A stretch of 64,000 nt of DNA from Pseudovirgaria hyperparasitica (GCA_010093815.1 ML996572.1); one strand, 5' to 3'; numbered from the stretch's first letter, positions 12,242 through 24,251 are shown. Notes: generated from the sequence alone by a model not told the origin. Numbers and translations are program-made.

Positions 12242-12479
12242 TATAAAGAGTAAAGACGTAGGATAGTAGTCTAATAGTTCATAGAGAGACATAGGAATAT
12301 ATTTATAGGGTAGTCTTACTCTCATACGAGGTTAATTCCTAACGAGTAGGAGTTAGTTTATACGGTCCACTTATATAGTGACCTCGCTTAACTTAGCTAA
12401 CTCGACCTAGCTCTAGCCACTACATGGCTGCATGGATTAGAATAGTCCATATAGGTCCGTTATAGTTCCCGTCCTAACA
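12242..12479 (-). repeat. 5' LTR of element B
   Basis: Direct repeat of 4434-4671; ends CCTAACA on the plus strand and is followed by TSD CTATA. Confidence 0.93.
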
Positions 12480-15400
12480 CTATACTACTATCTAATAACC
12501 CTATTCTTATATTTAAATTACTCCCTATATAGTACTATAGTTAAGATAGTCTAACTAGAACCGAGAAGGTTAACACGATCTACTATAGGGATAAGTAATA
12601 CTATATTAAATAATAGAGATTCTCTATAATTAGTATTAATCCTAGCTATTTCTAACTAAGAAGTAGAAATATTAGACTAAATTACGGAGCTTTTAGATAA
12701 AGAAATAGTAGATACGCTAAGTAACTTCTAATAATATAAAGCCGGATAATAAGTCGTAGCGGAGCCACGTAAGGTATTATAATAAACTATTACTAAACTT
12801 TAGGAATACGTCGCGAATTAGACTTAAGAGATTTAAACTCTTAAAGAATAGATAGAACGCGCGAAACTCCTTATAAAGAGACGAGAACTTAAGGAGTCTC
12901 TTAAAGAACTACGCCGAACGATAGTAGGTAGACGACTTCCTATACTAATTTAGGCGGAATTAGTTTACCTACCATTAGAGTTATAATAATCTACCGTATA
13001 CCCGGCCGCTTCGTTACCGATTTACTCTACTCCTTCCCTAGATATACTAAAATCTAAAGATCTAACTATATTTATAGAGAAGAACTAAAAGGAGTAGAAA
13101 GACTAGAAGAGAGACTACAAAAAGTACTTCCTTAATAACCCTCTACTCTTTTCTACTAAAGTATAACATATTTCGTTCGGAGAACGATACCTAGACTTAT
13201 AATCCCGCGATTAATAGAATAGATAGAAGGAAGTATAGCTACTATCTACGATAACCTAGGAATATTTAGCTATATTTATACTAAATACTCTCGGAACGGA
13301 TAGAGAACGTAAAAGAAAGGCACTATCTAAGTTAAGAAGTGTAGTATAACGACTGAACTAGATATCTACTTAACTACTATAATACCTCTAAGACCTATAG
13401 AATAATATCCCTATACTATAGGAAAATATTTATATATTCTAGTTTCGCGAAGTACTACTTCCGTTAATCCGCGAAAGACTAGAAATAGTATTATTAAGTT
13501 TTAACTATCTATATAAATTAGAGGAGAAAGCTAATAAATACTACTATATTCTTAAGAAACGCGGCTCTCTAGGTAAAACTAACGAACCCTATATAGATTA
13601 GAAACGAGGTCGATTAAATACGTTCGATTAAGAGTAACCTTACTATAATTAGCGCTAGAAGAGCGTAAATCGGGGTAGAAACGCGTTAAGAGAATACTAA
13701 AATAATTAAGGCGGTACTTCTTAATATAGAAAAGGATAAGGTATAGACTTAAATATAACGCCTATTATAAAATAGTAGGATTATAGTATACTTCGTTACT
13801 ATAAGTATAGAGAAATAGAATATATTTCGCCTAACTATAAGAATCTAAAAAAAGAATAGGCTAGTATATAAGATCTAACCGCATTCTTAGCTAAATTATA
13901 TATACTTAGGAGAAGCTATAGCGCCTTCCGGCGAGTAAAGATCTAATATTACTAAAAGTATCGTTATCTATAGTAAATAGTAATAAAACTATATAGGCCC
14001 TCGTAGATACTAGTATAGAAGATAACTATATTTTATCGATTCTTATAAAGGAGTATAGATTATCATATAATCTTAGTAAAGTTAGCTAAACTATTATAGT
14101 TAATAGATATAAAGTTAGAACTTTAGATAAAGCTATAATAAATTATAAAGTTCATAACTTAAAGATAATAAAATAGTAGATATCTAATAAATTTATCGTA
14201 GCTAATATTAGCTAATAGAATATAATTCTAGGGATGCCTTAGCTTAGACGCCTAAACCCTATCCTTGATTTTTAGAAGGAGATATTAACGTTCCGATAAT
14301 ACTATAGTAAATTATACTAGTAAATTATAACTATTAGTAAGGAGGCATAGAACCTCGCTATACGGACCTAATTATTACTAATCTATCTTATATCCTTATT
14401 AATTATTAATAAAGATAAGGATAATAGTAATAATTAGGGCGAAGACACGCTATCTAACGTATATTCGTAGTATGCGGATATATTTTTAGTAGGAGATATA
14501 TTACTTCTCCCTAATCACGGGCTATATAAGCTAAAGATTAAGCTCGAAGAGGGAGTGGACGTCCCTTATAGCCTACTTTACCTACTTTTAAGACTAGAAC
14601 TTAAAGTTCTTTATAAATATATTAAAGAATACCTTAGAAGAGGCTAGATACGTTATAGTACGTTATTAGCTAGTATATCTATTCTCTTCGTAAAGAAGAA
14701 AGACGGAAGTTTATATCTATATATCGACTATTAGGTACTAAATATAGTAACTAAGAAGAATCGTTATCTATTACCGCTAGTTAGTAAATCTTTAGACTAA
14801 TTAATAAAGGTAAAGTACTTTATAAAGCTAGATTTATAAGATATATATTACTAGCTTTAAATTTATCGTGGAGATAAGTGGAAAACCGCATTTCGGACTA
14901 GATATAGTTATTTTAAGTATACTATTATGCTATTTAGGCTAATAAATACGCTAGGAGCGTTTTAAGGATATATTAATACTATACTTATAGAATTACTTAA
15001 CGTGATTTACGTAGTTTATCTCGATAATATACTAATTTACTCCGATAGTATATAGGATTATAAAGAACACGTGAAATTAGTACTAAATCGTCTAAGGTAG
15101 TATAAACTCTACGTAAAATTATCTAAATATAAGTTTTACTAATAAGAAGTTAGGTTTCTCGGCTTTATTATAATATATAGCGGCCTAAAAATAGAGCTAG
15201 AGCGTGTAAAGACTATTATAGAATAGCTAGAACCTACTACTATACGTTAAATTAGAATATTTATAGGTTTCGTGAACTATTATTATAAATTTATTATAGG
15301 CTTCTTATAAATTATAGCGCCGCTTAATAAACTTATAGAGAATAGTAGTAAAATCTCTATAGGTAGGCGAGTATAGTATAAAGCTAAGTTAGTTAAGATA

Positions 15401-17977
15401 TAGTTAACGCTAGAAGCGCGAGATACGTTCCGATTATTAAAGAATTACTTTATAACTACGCTAATTCTTAGGTATTTTAATTCTAAGAAGTATATTCGGG
15501 TCGAAACTAACGCGTTAGAATTTATAATTACTAGAATTATTAGTTAACTATATAAAGATACGAAAGATAAGGTATAATAGTACCCGGTTACTTTCTTTTT
15601 CTATAAAATAGTAGATATAGAGACGTATTATAATACGTATAACTAGAAACTACTTATAATTATTAAGAGTTTTAAGTAATAGCGATATTATTTAGAAGGC
15701 TCTATATATTAGATTAAATTATTATCGGATTATATAAATCTATATTACTTTATATCGACTAAGGTCCTTAATTACTAATAAGTATGTTAGGCTAAGTAGA
15801 TATTAATATTTAACTTTAAAATCTTATATAAAGCTAGAAGAGAGAATAAAGCTAATCCTCTATCGTAGCGTAAAGATTATAAGAAATCGTTATAGAATAA
15901 CGTAGATAGTTAGTATAAGTTAGACTATACTATACTTTAGATACTATAAGACTAGTTATCTAATAGAATACTAGAAGCTAGGATACTTTTAGCGATTCTC
16001 CGCGGGAATTAGAGCGGGTATTAAGTAATCTAAATAAACGTCTAAGAAACTAAGAAAACCCTTAAAGACTTAATTAAATCTATCTAGAAGTCTAATATAT
16101 TAGGAAAGAAAGTTATAAGTATAAAAGGAAGTACTATAGATCTACTATAGTTATTAAGGTAGGAATAATAATTAGACGCGATCTACTTCTAAGGCTAACT
16201 CTATATACTAGAAGGCGGCTTATAAATTAATATTTTAAGGGAATAGTATAATTACGCGTTAGTAGGGTACTTTAGTATTATAAGGATGGTTAATTTAATC
16301 TAAAGGACGTATAACTAGCCGGGTCTTTATAAATATATAAAAGACTATATAAATACGTATAATATTTACTAGTATATAAAAGTATATAGATACTTACTAT
16401 ATAGTAAATTAAGGCTATTATCTATACTAAAGGAGGTATAGAAGGAATTATCGATGGATTTTATTATAGATCTACCCCTAAGTAAGTATTCTAGGTATAT
16501 TTATAATAGTTTACTCGTAGTTCTAGATAGATTTATAAAGATACTATACTATATCCCTATAAGAAAGATAATCTAAGTACTAGATCTTATAGATATACTA
16601 CTCTATAATATAGTCTAGCTCTATAGTATACTAAATAGTATAGTTTTAGATAGAGGTCCGTAGATAATATCTAAATTTTAGAAGGATTTCTACTATATAC
16701 TAGGAATTAAGCGGAAACTTAGTACTACGTTCCATCTATAAATAGATAGATAGATAGATAGAGTAGTAGAATTAGATAGTTAAGGCGTATTTACGTGTAT
16801 ATTATAACTATAAGTAGAATAACTAGATAAGGTTAGTCTATATCGCGGAATTCGTATATAATAATAGCCGATATATATTAATCTACGTAAGTCCGTTTAA
16901 AGTAAACTTTAGTTAGAACTATAATATATAGTTCTTAGAGACTTAGTTTAAAGTAGAATAACCTAATATTAAAGTAATAGAAATTACTATAGAACTATTC
17001 TAAACGTAAAGAAGTATTATAAAGTTACTATAAGATACTATAGATTATAGTAAATTATACTATGATAAGGGTAGAAAACCTATAATCTTTAATATTAGGG
17101 ATAAAGTTTTACTAAATAGTAAGAATATTTATAGTATTAGGCTAAAGAAGAAGCTTAACTATATAATAATAGGTCTATATAAGATTACTCGTGTAATTAA
17201 TAACTAGGTATATAAGTTATAACTCCCTCCTATATTAAAGATATATAATATATTCTATATTACGCTTCTTAAGCTATTTTATACCTTATTATTACTAGAT
17301 TATTCTAAATAGATACTATATAAAGTAGTTACGTAAGAAGGTATAGATATCTATAAAGTTAAGTAGATACTTAGCTAGTAACGCGCCGAAGATAGTATAT
17401 AGCTATATAAGATTTATTAGAAAGGATATAATTCTAATAAAGATACTTAGGAACCTATAATAAATATTAGTAAAGTAGTAATATTAGTATATAAGTAGTA
17501 ATTAGTAAAGGAAGCCGTAGAATTATAGAGAATTATACTAAAGTACGGTAATTTAACGTTTTTTAGTATAGTTTAGCGCTAAGGACGGCCGCCTAAAAGG
17601 AAGAAGGTAAAAGAGATATAGATCTTTAAAATATTCTAAGGAATTAAGGAACTTCCTTAGAAAGTTTAAACTTAGAACTTTAAAGAATTTAACTAAAAAG
17701 GAGACTTAGAAAAATAATTTACTAAGAGAAATGGATATCGAAAATCGGTGCCGATCGGTATAGATTAGTATAGATTACTAAAGAGATTAAAGAAGTTATT
17801 ATTAAAGAAAGATAAAATTAAGAAAGCTAAACGAAAATATAAAGATCTATATAGATCTATATAAACTTATACTAATCTATCTAGAAGAAGTAAGATCGCT
17901 TTAAAATTAAAACTAAAAAACTAAAAACACTAGATAAAAGAGATATATTAGTACTAATTAGTATAGATCTAAACTAA

Positions 17978-18871
17978 TTAAGTTAGAGTAGAAGTAGAAG
18001 TACTAATTACTATAATAGTTATATCTAATTCCTTTCGCTAGTTCTTATTTAGTATAGTATAGAGCTTTATAATATAAGTCTCTAGCCTTTCATTCTAATA
18101 CTATAAATTCTATATAGCGCGCCTTATAGCTATAAACTCCTCTATAGAAATCTATAGAGTAGTAGGACCTAGAATAGAGAGGGACGGACCGGCGCGGGTA
18201 CGCTAAGAATTATATAAATTAGCGAAAAGATTTAATAATCGGTATAGAACTATATACCTTTAGTATAGAAACTTCTAGATTAGAGCTATCTTCCCTAAAT
18301 TTATAGCTCTTTAGTATATATAAGAAAGGAACCTTAGCCTTTTTACTAGAACCTTTTCTAGAAATTTTAATATTACTAGTATATAGAAAGAAGTCCGAAG
18401 TAGTAGAGATTTTAGTACTATTATAGAGATTAATATATATTAGTAAGAATCTATAATAATTTAAGAAAATAATATTATCTAGTAATCGCGGTAATAATAG
18501 CTATAGTAGATTCTAATAAATCCTTACGGATCTTATTAGAATTATACTCCTAGGCGTAACTCTTATCTTAGATATATAGCTTATAGAAAGCCTTCTCTAA
18601 GGCGTTATAATTAATAGTACTATACTTCTTATTAGTAGAGGTTACTAGAGGCCTAGTAGTAATCTATACTAATATAAGTAAATCTATGTAAAGTTCTTTA
18701 AACTTACTTAAATATCTATAAGTAATAACGCTTCTTAGTTATATAAGTACTATATATTATAGATTTAGTACTACCGTAAGTAATATATAATAGAAAGTAA
18801 TAACTATAATAATATATAGCTAGATTATTAGAGCCTAGCCTAGGTTAGGGTAGATTAATAGCTTTTAATAT
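17978..18871 (-). pseudogene. Second, more degraded copy of the family A antisense accessory gene
   Basis: Colinear with 2711-3605 at an offset of about 15266. Confidence 0.65.
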
Positions 18872-19442
18872 ATTAGTAACGTATATAAGATAGGAATTAT
18901 TTAAAGACGTCTATTTCCGCGCTAATTACTTTAGAGTATTAAGATTTTAGAAAACTATATTATAATTATTACTAATTTATATAGATTATTATAAATTATA
19001 CTATTACTAGCTAAGGATAGTATAAAAATTAGTAAATTATATAAATTATACTAAATTATAGTAAATCTATATAAATCTATATCTATAAGAATTAGGTAAT
19101 ATATCTAATAATCTAAAAAACTCTATAAAGAGTTAAGAAGTTTTTTAAAGAAAGGAATATTTCTAAGAAAAGATTTTAATATAGGTAGTACCCGGGCTTA
19201 TCTAATTATATTACGTAATACGCTAGGTCTAATTAGGTAATCTTACCTATATAAGAAGTTAGAATAGATAAAATCTAGTTTATTAGAAAAACGCTTATAT
19301 AAATCTTAGATTAGTAAATATTAGTAAGTATCTAAGACGAAGCGTAGAGAATAACTAAGGTCTTACGAGACTTAGAATAGAGATATAGAGATAGATAATA
19401 ATCTAGGTCGCTAAGAGTAGCTTCCTAGAGGGAAGGGATAAT

Positions 19443-19670
19443 TATTAGAACTTAGTCTTAGATAGAACCTAATCTATATATACCTTAGCTAATAGGGTTA
19501 GGAGGTAACGTAAAGGGCGGTAAATAGTTACGTACTAGATAGATCGGCGTCCCTTTATATATATACTCTTAGATTTCTACCTAAAGGGTTTAGTAGTAAT
19601 TCGTTCTATAATAGAATATACTCTATTATTCTATCTAACTATACTACTATCTAATAACTCTATTCTTATA
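19443..19670 (+). repeat. 3' LTR of A2 (228 bp)
   Basis: Follows PPT AGAGGGAAGGGA; matches 4177-4404. Confidence 0.92.
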
Positions 19671-19897
19671 CTTAAAGTCTTAATCCTATACTTACTTGCT
19701 AAATAACCTTAATAAATATACTCTAAATACTTATCGGACTTTATAAATACCGCCCTATAGATTAAGCTATACTTCTTATAAAATAAGTAAGGGAAAGGTA
19801 TCTCGTTACCCTTATAATTAATTAAAATAGATAAAGTAACTCTCTATTTCACCGGATTAGATTTAGAAGGCTTAACTAATTTTATAACTCTAGATAT
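19671..19897 (-). pseudogene. Truncated Zn2Cys6-like ORF in relic C, interrupted by A2
   Basis: Frame reads (I)SRVIKLVKPSKSNPVK*RVTLSILINYKGNEIPFPYLFYKKYSLIYRAVFIKSDKYLEYIY*GYLASKY. Tyr codons fall at x2-x6-x9-x2-x9 spacing, the Zn2Cys6 pattern if TAY derives from TGY by RIP. Confidence 0.6.
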
Positions 19898-19942
19898 AAT
19901 AAAAGAAAAGGAAGAAGGGCTCTTTACTAAAGAAAGTTAGAA

Positions 19943-20094
19943 TGTCAGGCACGTGAGGAGCACGTGGCCTGCCAGTTGATTATACATGTGTGCAGCAGTC
20001 GTATATAAGCAGTGTGCTCCACCCTTGAAGCAGTAGCTTCAAGATTCGGTCCTTTTGGTGTAGTTGGTTGGTGCGTGGAGCCCGCCTCCTTACA
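19943..20094. mobile_element. Solo LTR (152 bp), not RIP-mutated
   Basis: Begins TGTCAGG and ends CCTTACA, flanked by direct repeat TAGAA (19938-19942 and 20095-20099). Contains TATATAA. Normal GC and CpA/TpG content inside AT-rich DNA. Confidence 0.88.
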
Positions 20095-21544
20095 TAGAAT
20101 AACCCTCTACTTATAAGTAGCTATAGAAGTACTTTAGAACGAAGTACCTTAGAAGGGGTATTATATAATAAACTACTAGCTAGAGCTATAGAAAGATATA
20201 TAGACTCTAGTACGAGTAGTATAAGAGATAGTATAATATATAGAAGAGGGGCCTATAATATAATAGATAGTCTTAGGTAATAATCTAAGACTAAGGTAGA
20301 TATCTATAGGGAGAGCTAATTATAGATACTTAGAATAGATATTCTAAGTAGCCTACTAGATAATTAGAAATAGAATATTAGTATTCTAAGTAGTATACTA
20401 AATACTTAGAATAAGTATTCTAATTAGCGGACCTTAGTAGAACTATATAGACCCTTTAGACCTAATCTCTAGAGATAGTTCTATAGTAATTAATTTAAAC
20501 TTATACCGATATAATTACTACTTTACTTACCTACTAGCTAGTTACTATTTATACCCTATTAATACTTACTATAAACCTACTTATACTCCTCTAAGCCTTC
20601 TAAGTACCTTTATCTATAGGAAAGCTAAGATACTCTATGGAATAGACTACTTTAGAGATAAGCCGCGTTCTTATTAGAAAAGGTTTATTATAATATAGAG
20701 ATAGAGAGATAATAGAGTAGTAGAATTAAAGTAAAACTTTAATAAGATTAATAAGATAACTAAGTTTTAGAGAAGGGACTTACTTTTATTAAAATATAAT
20801 AGTTTTTATTAATAAAAAGGTATTTTAAGGCTTTTATAGTAAAGTACTAGGCTTATAATCTATTATAAGTAGAAAGTAGACGTGATTAAGGTTATTAAAT
20901 ATATTCTATAAGTATATAAAGAACTAAGTTCTAGGAGATAGAGTCGAAGCTATTTAACCGTTTAGACACTAGTCCCATTTAGGAAACAGTGTCCCTCACT
21001 CAAAGTGCCTTCCGACAACAAAGTAGAGTGCATAAATGCTCAATACTGTAAATACGATCCATGAGGATCAATCGTAATGCTAGAAACATTCTGATGGTGT
21101 TGCTCGGAATGATACTTTAGATACAACGGGAATCGGATGGTTGTCTGTTATGCGTTCTTCATATTTGGCGCCTGACCGGACACGAGCCTTTCACAGAGTG
21201 GCCACCTTCGCGATCGACGACTTCATCGTGCCACAAGATTGCCAGACGTCAGCCACGTAAAGCCAAAGAACGCTGATATCAATAGTGAAAACACTTCTAC
21301 GGGCTGTGATTGTGTGGAGTGGAGGAGTGTTTTTAAGGAAATCAGCTTCCAAGGTATCCATCTTATTTGGCTAGTCCGCAGTAACCTAAAACAGATGAGC
21401 GCCGCTTAAATCCGTGTACTCGCAGTTGAGCTTCACATACACCAAAGTAGGTAGCCGTTGCAGTACAGAGAAAATATATGTCTTGGCTCAACTTCCTTGT
21501 CGTTGACGCAGTCCATCCATGCTGGTGACTCAGGATTTCTCAAT

Positions 21545-23277
21545 ATGGGAGCGAATCAGTCCTCCAACACAGGCAGTGCGGGCGCGTCGCAAAATGGTGG
21601 GGAAGTAAAAACCAGTTATTACGAACTGCTTGGCGTAGAACGTCAGGCTACAGATGACGAGTAAGATGGGAATAATATTCTTCTCATGTCTGCTCACTCC
21701 GCTAATGTGCCAGACTCAAAAAAGCGTACCGCCGTAAAGCGCTCGAGCTACATCCTGATCGTAATTATGGCGACGTCGACCGAGCGACCAAGCTTTTCGC
21801 AGAGATCCAGGCCGCGTATGAAGTCTTATCTGATCCCCAGGAACGCGCATGGTACGACTCTCACGAGCAAATCATACTACGTGGGGGTGAGCCCACTGAT
21901 GAGGGCAACTACGAAGCAGATTTGGGGATAACTTCTGCAGACGAAGTCACTGCGTTGATGCGCAAATTCAACCGCAATGTAGACTTTAGTAATTCACCCA
22001 GCGGCTTCTTCGGATTCCTGCGAGATATTTTTGAGAAATTGGCAAAGGAAGAGATGGCTGCAGCGCATATGGTCGGCGGGCAGGCGAGGGACTATCCCTC
22101 GTTTGGACACAAAAACGACGACTACGATGATGTTGTGAGGGAGTTCTACGCCGTTTGGATCAGCTTTGCAACTCTCAAGACATTTTCATGGAAACACAAA
22201 TATCGAAAGTCAGAGGCAGACGATCGCTGGCAGAGACGTGCTGTAGACAAGGAAAATGCAAGATTAGCTGAGCAAGGGAGGAGAGAATTCAATGAGGCGG
22301 TGAGGACATTGGTGGCTTTTGTAAGGAAGCGCGATCCCAGATACACGCCAAATACGCAAACAGATGATGAGCGTGCCAAGGCTATGCGGGATGCTGTCAA
22401 GGCTCAAGCTGCGCGACAGAGAGCGCAAAATGAAGCTTTGAAGAACCAAGCTATCCCAGAATGGGCAACAAGGAGAGCGCCTGACGAGCTTGAGGAGAGT
22501 GAGGAAGAGGTGGTGGAGGAAGAGCACTTCGAGTGCATGGCATGCAAGAAAACCTTTAAGAGCGAAAAGCAATGGGATGCACATGAGAAAAGCAAGAAGC
22601 ACCAGAAAGCAGTCCAAACCCTGAAGAAGAAAATGCGGAAGGAAAATGCTCATTTCGGTTTAGACGACGACTTCTCGAGCAGTGGTGGCGTAGTCACTCC
22701 AGTCGAAGTAGAAGCTGAAGACTACGAGACCGCGAAATCCGTCATTCACCCACACGCAAACAGAGACGAGAACAAAGACGAAGAGACAGGTGAAGACCTT
22801 GCTGAGGTCCTCGAGAATATCTCCGTCGCATCGCAAGTGGAGAATCATGGCACAAAGGTCACTATAGAAGGCGAAACTACCATCAATTCGCCCACGCCAA
22901 CTAGCGCAGACCAAGCCAACGACATTGAGGACTTAACAGCCGCTCAAGAGTCAGACTCCGAGCACAGCGAGCCGGACAGCTCTGAGCAAAACCACAAATC
23001 TGGCTCAGAAATGCCAGTAATAATGAAAAAAGATAGCGACGATTACGATATTTCAACAGTCCCGAGAATGGGTAAAGCTGCCCAGAAGCGGGCGAAGAGG
23101 GCTGCTAAGCAAGCAGCGACTGATGAGGACGAGTTGAGGCATAAATGTGCAGTGTGTAATACAGGTTTTCCTTCGAAGACAAGGTTGTTCCAGCATATTA
23201 ATGACTTGGGTCACGCGGCCCCTGTAACGGCGACAAAAGGTGCAAAAGGTAAAGGTGGTAAAGGTAAAAGGAAATGA
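21545..23277 (+). CDS. JJJ1: J-domain protein with C2H2 zinc fingers (Jjj1/DNAJC21 family, 60S biogenesis co-chaperone); intron 21661-21713
   Basis: YYELLGV..|[18 protein letters not shown]-domain, [18 protein letters not shown], and two C2H2 fingers ([46 protein letters not shown]). Confidence 0.92.
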
Positions 23278-23629
23278 CATTTCAGAGTTGTTATTCAAAA
23301 GTGATGCATTGAATTAGCAGGGTGATTCCTATGGGCATAGCGTGGCGTTGTGAAATATGAGCATTAGATAGATGAAGGCAGTATTCGATATTTAGACGGC
23401 TCATCTCTTTCGAATACAACTGTTTGCATGCATAAGCCTTGACAAGTCGTCATTGTTATTGGAACGGCTAGTCGTATGGATCCCGCTTAGGAACTATTTC
23501 CTAAACCTCTGGGTCCCTCGTGCAACACTTTCATTTTAGAAGTCGCATGCATACGCAGGTTACAAAGATCCGTTCCTTTACGACGTTTCCTGCCACCACA
23601 CCTGCTAACACCATAAATCAACAACGCTC

Positions 23630-24251
23630 TTATGCTGCTGCACCAGGTCGCGCGGCCTGTTGAGGGTTAATCTTCTTGCCATCCTTGTTGAATCGAACAC
23701 GTGGAGGAGGAGCGCGGTTGCGGCGGCCGACGCGGGAGCGAACACTGTTGGGCACATTATCAACTAATGTCCAAATTTCATGGTCGTTGCGTGCTTTGCT
23801 TACCGAACGATCTTGCCGTGGATGGCACACGATACGCAGTACTGCAGCTTCAAATACATCTTCGGCACGGTGTATTCAGGGTAGACTGATGCCTCAGAAA
23901 TATCACCTAAGGAATCCCTTACATTAGCCTCGGTTTCTCTATTATCAATGCGGCGCCACCCCTTCTGTCCATTCTTCGTAACGTGGAAGATCAACGCGCT
24001 CGAGTGCACCTGAGACATCTGAGACATCGCGGGGGTACGTACGGATGGCAGCAGACTCGACCATGTTCCTTATCGTGAATCGCTTGATCGCCTTGTCTTT
24101 GGGTGTGCATCGCGAGCAGTTGGAGCAACGAATGGGCTTGACATGGCCGCGGCCCTTCTTGTTGCGGCCGCTGACGTCTCATTAGCTTTTCGTTCCTCAA
24201 ATGTGATACCAAAGGGTGGTCCACATACTTGGATGCACGCTTCTTAACCAT
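23630..24251 (-). CDS. RPS26: 40S ribosomal protein S26 (eS26); exons 24251-24229, 24170-24043, 23906-23804, 23744-23630
   Basis: [76 protein letters not shown]; three GT-AG introns. Confidence 0.98.

Larger units (their letters stand above)
4434..12479 (-). mobile_element. Full-length Ty3/Gypsy chromovirus family B, RIP-mutated
   Basis: 238-bp LTRs at 4434-4671 and 12242-12479, TSD CTATA (4429-4433 and 12480-12484), PPT at about 4676-4688 on the minus strand, and gag-PR-RT-RH-IN-chromo order on the minus strand. Confidence 0.96.
12480..19670 (+). mobile_element. Ty3/Gypsy chromovirus family A, copy A2 (5' LTR split by the A1 and B insertions), heavily RIP-mutated
   Basis: LTR end at 12480-12511, gag knuckle relic at about 13794-13838, protease ALVDTS at about 13998-14015, RT KKKDGSL and VYLDNILIYS at about 14690-15043, integrase/chromodomain to 17621, PPT and 3' LTR at 19443-19670. 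15263-19670 is colinear with 1-4404. Confidence 0.95.
19671..20968. mobile_element. RIP-degraded relic C, probably the 3' region of an older plus-strand LTR element into which A2 inserted
   Basis: Very TpA-rich and CpA/TpG-poor. Candidate PPT AGAAGAGGGG at 20242-20251 is followed by TAT at 20254. Right boundary is uncertain. Confidence 0.55.

Noticed and set aside
20950..20976. Possible DNA-transposon terminal inverted repeat (..TTTAGACACTAGTCCC) at the edge of the RIP block
   Set aside because: No partner repeat or transposase relic in the window; it could equally be an LTR end at 20968.
23907..24042. Possible intronic snoRNA in the longest RPS26 intron
   Set aside because: No convincing C/D or H/ACA boxes with terminal stems.
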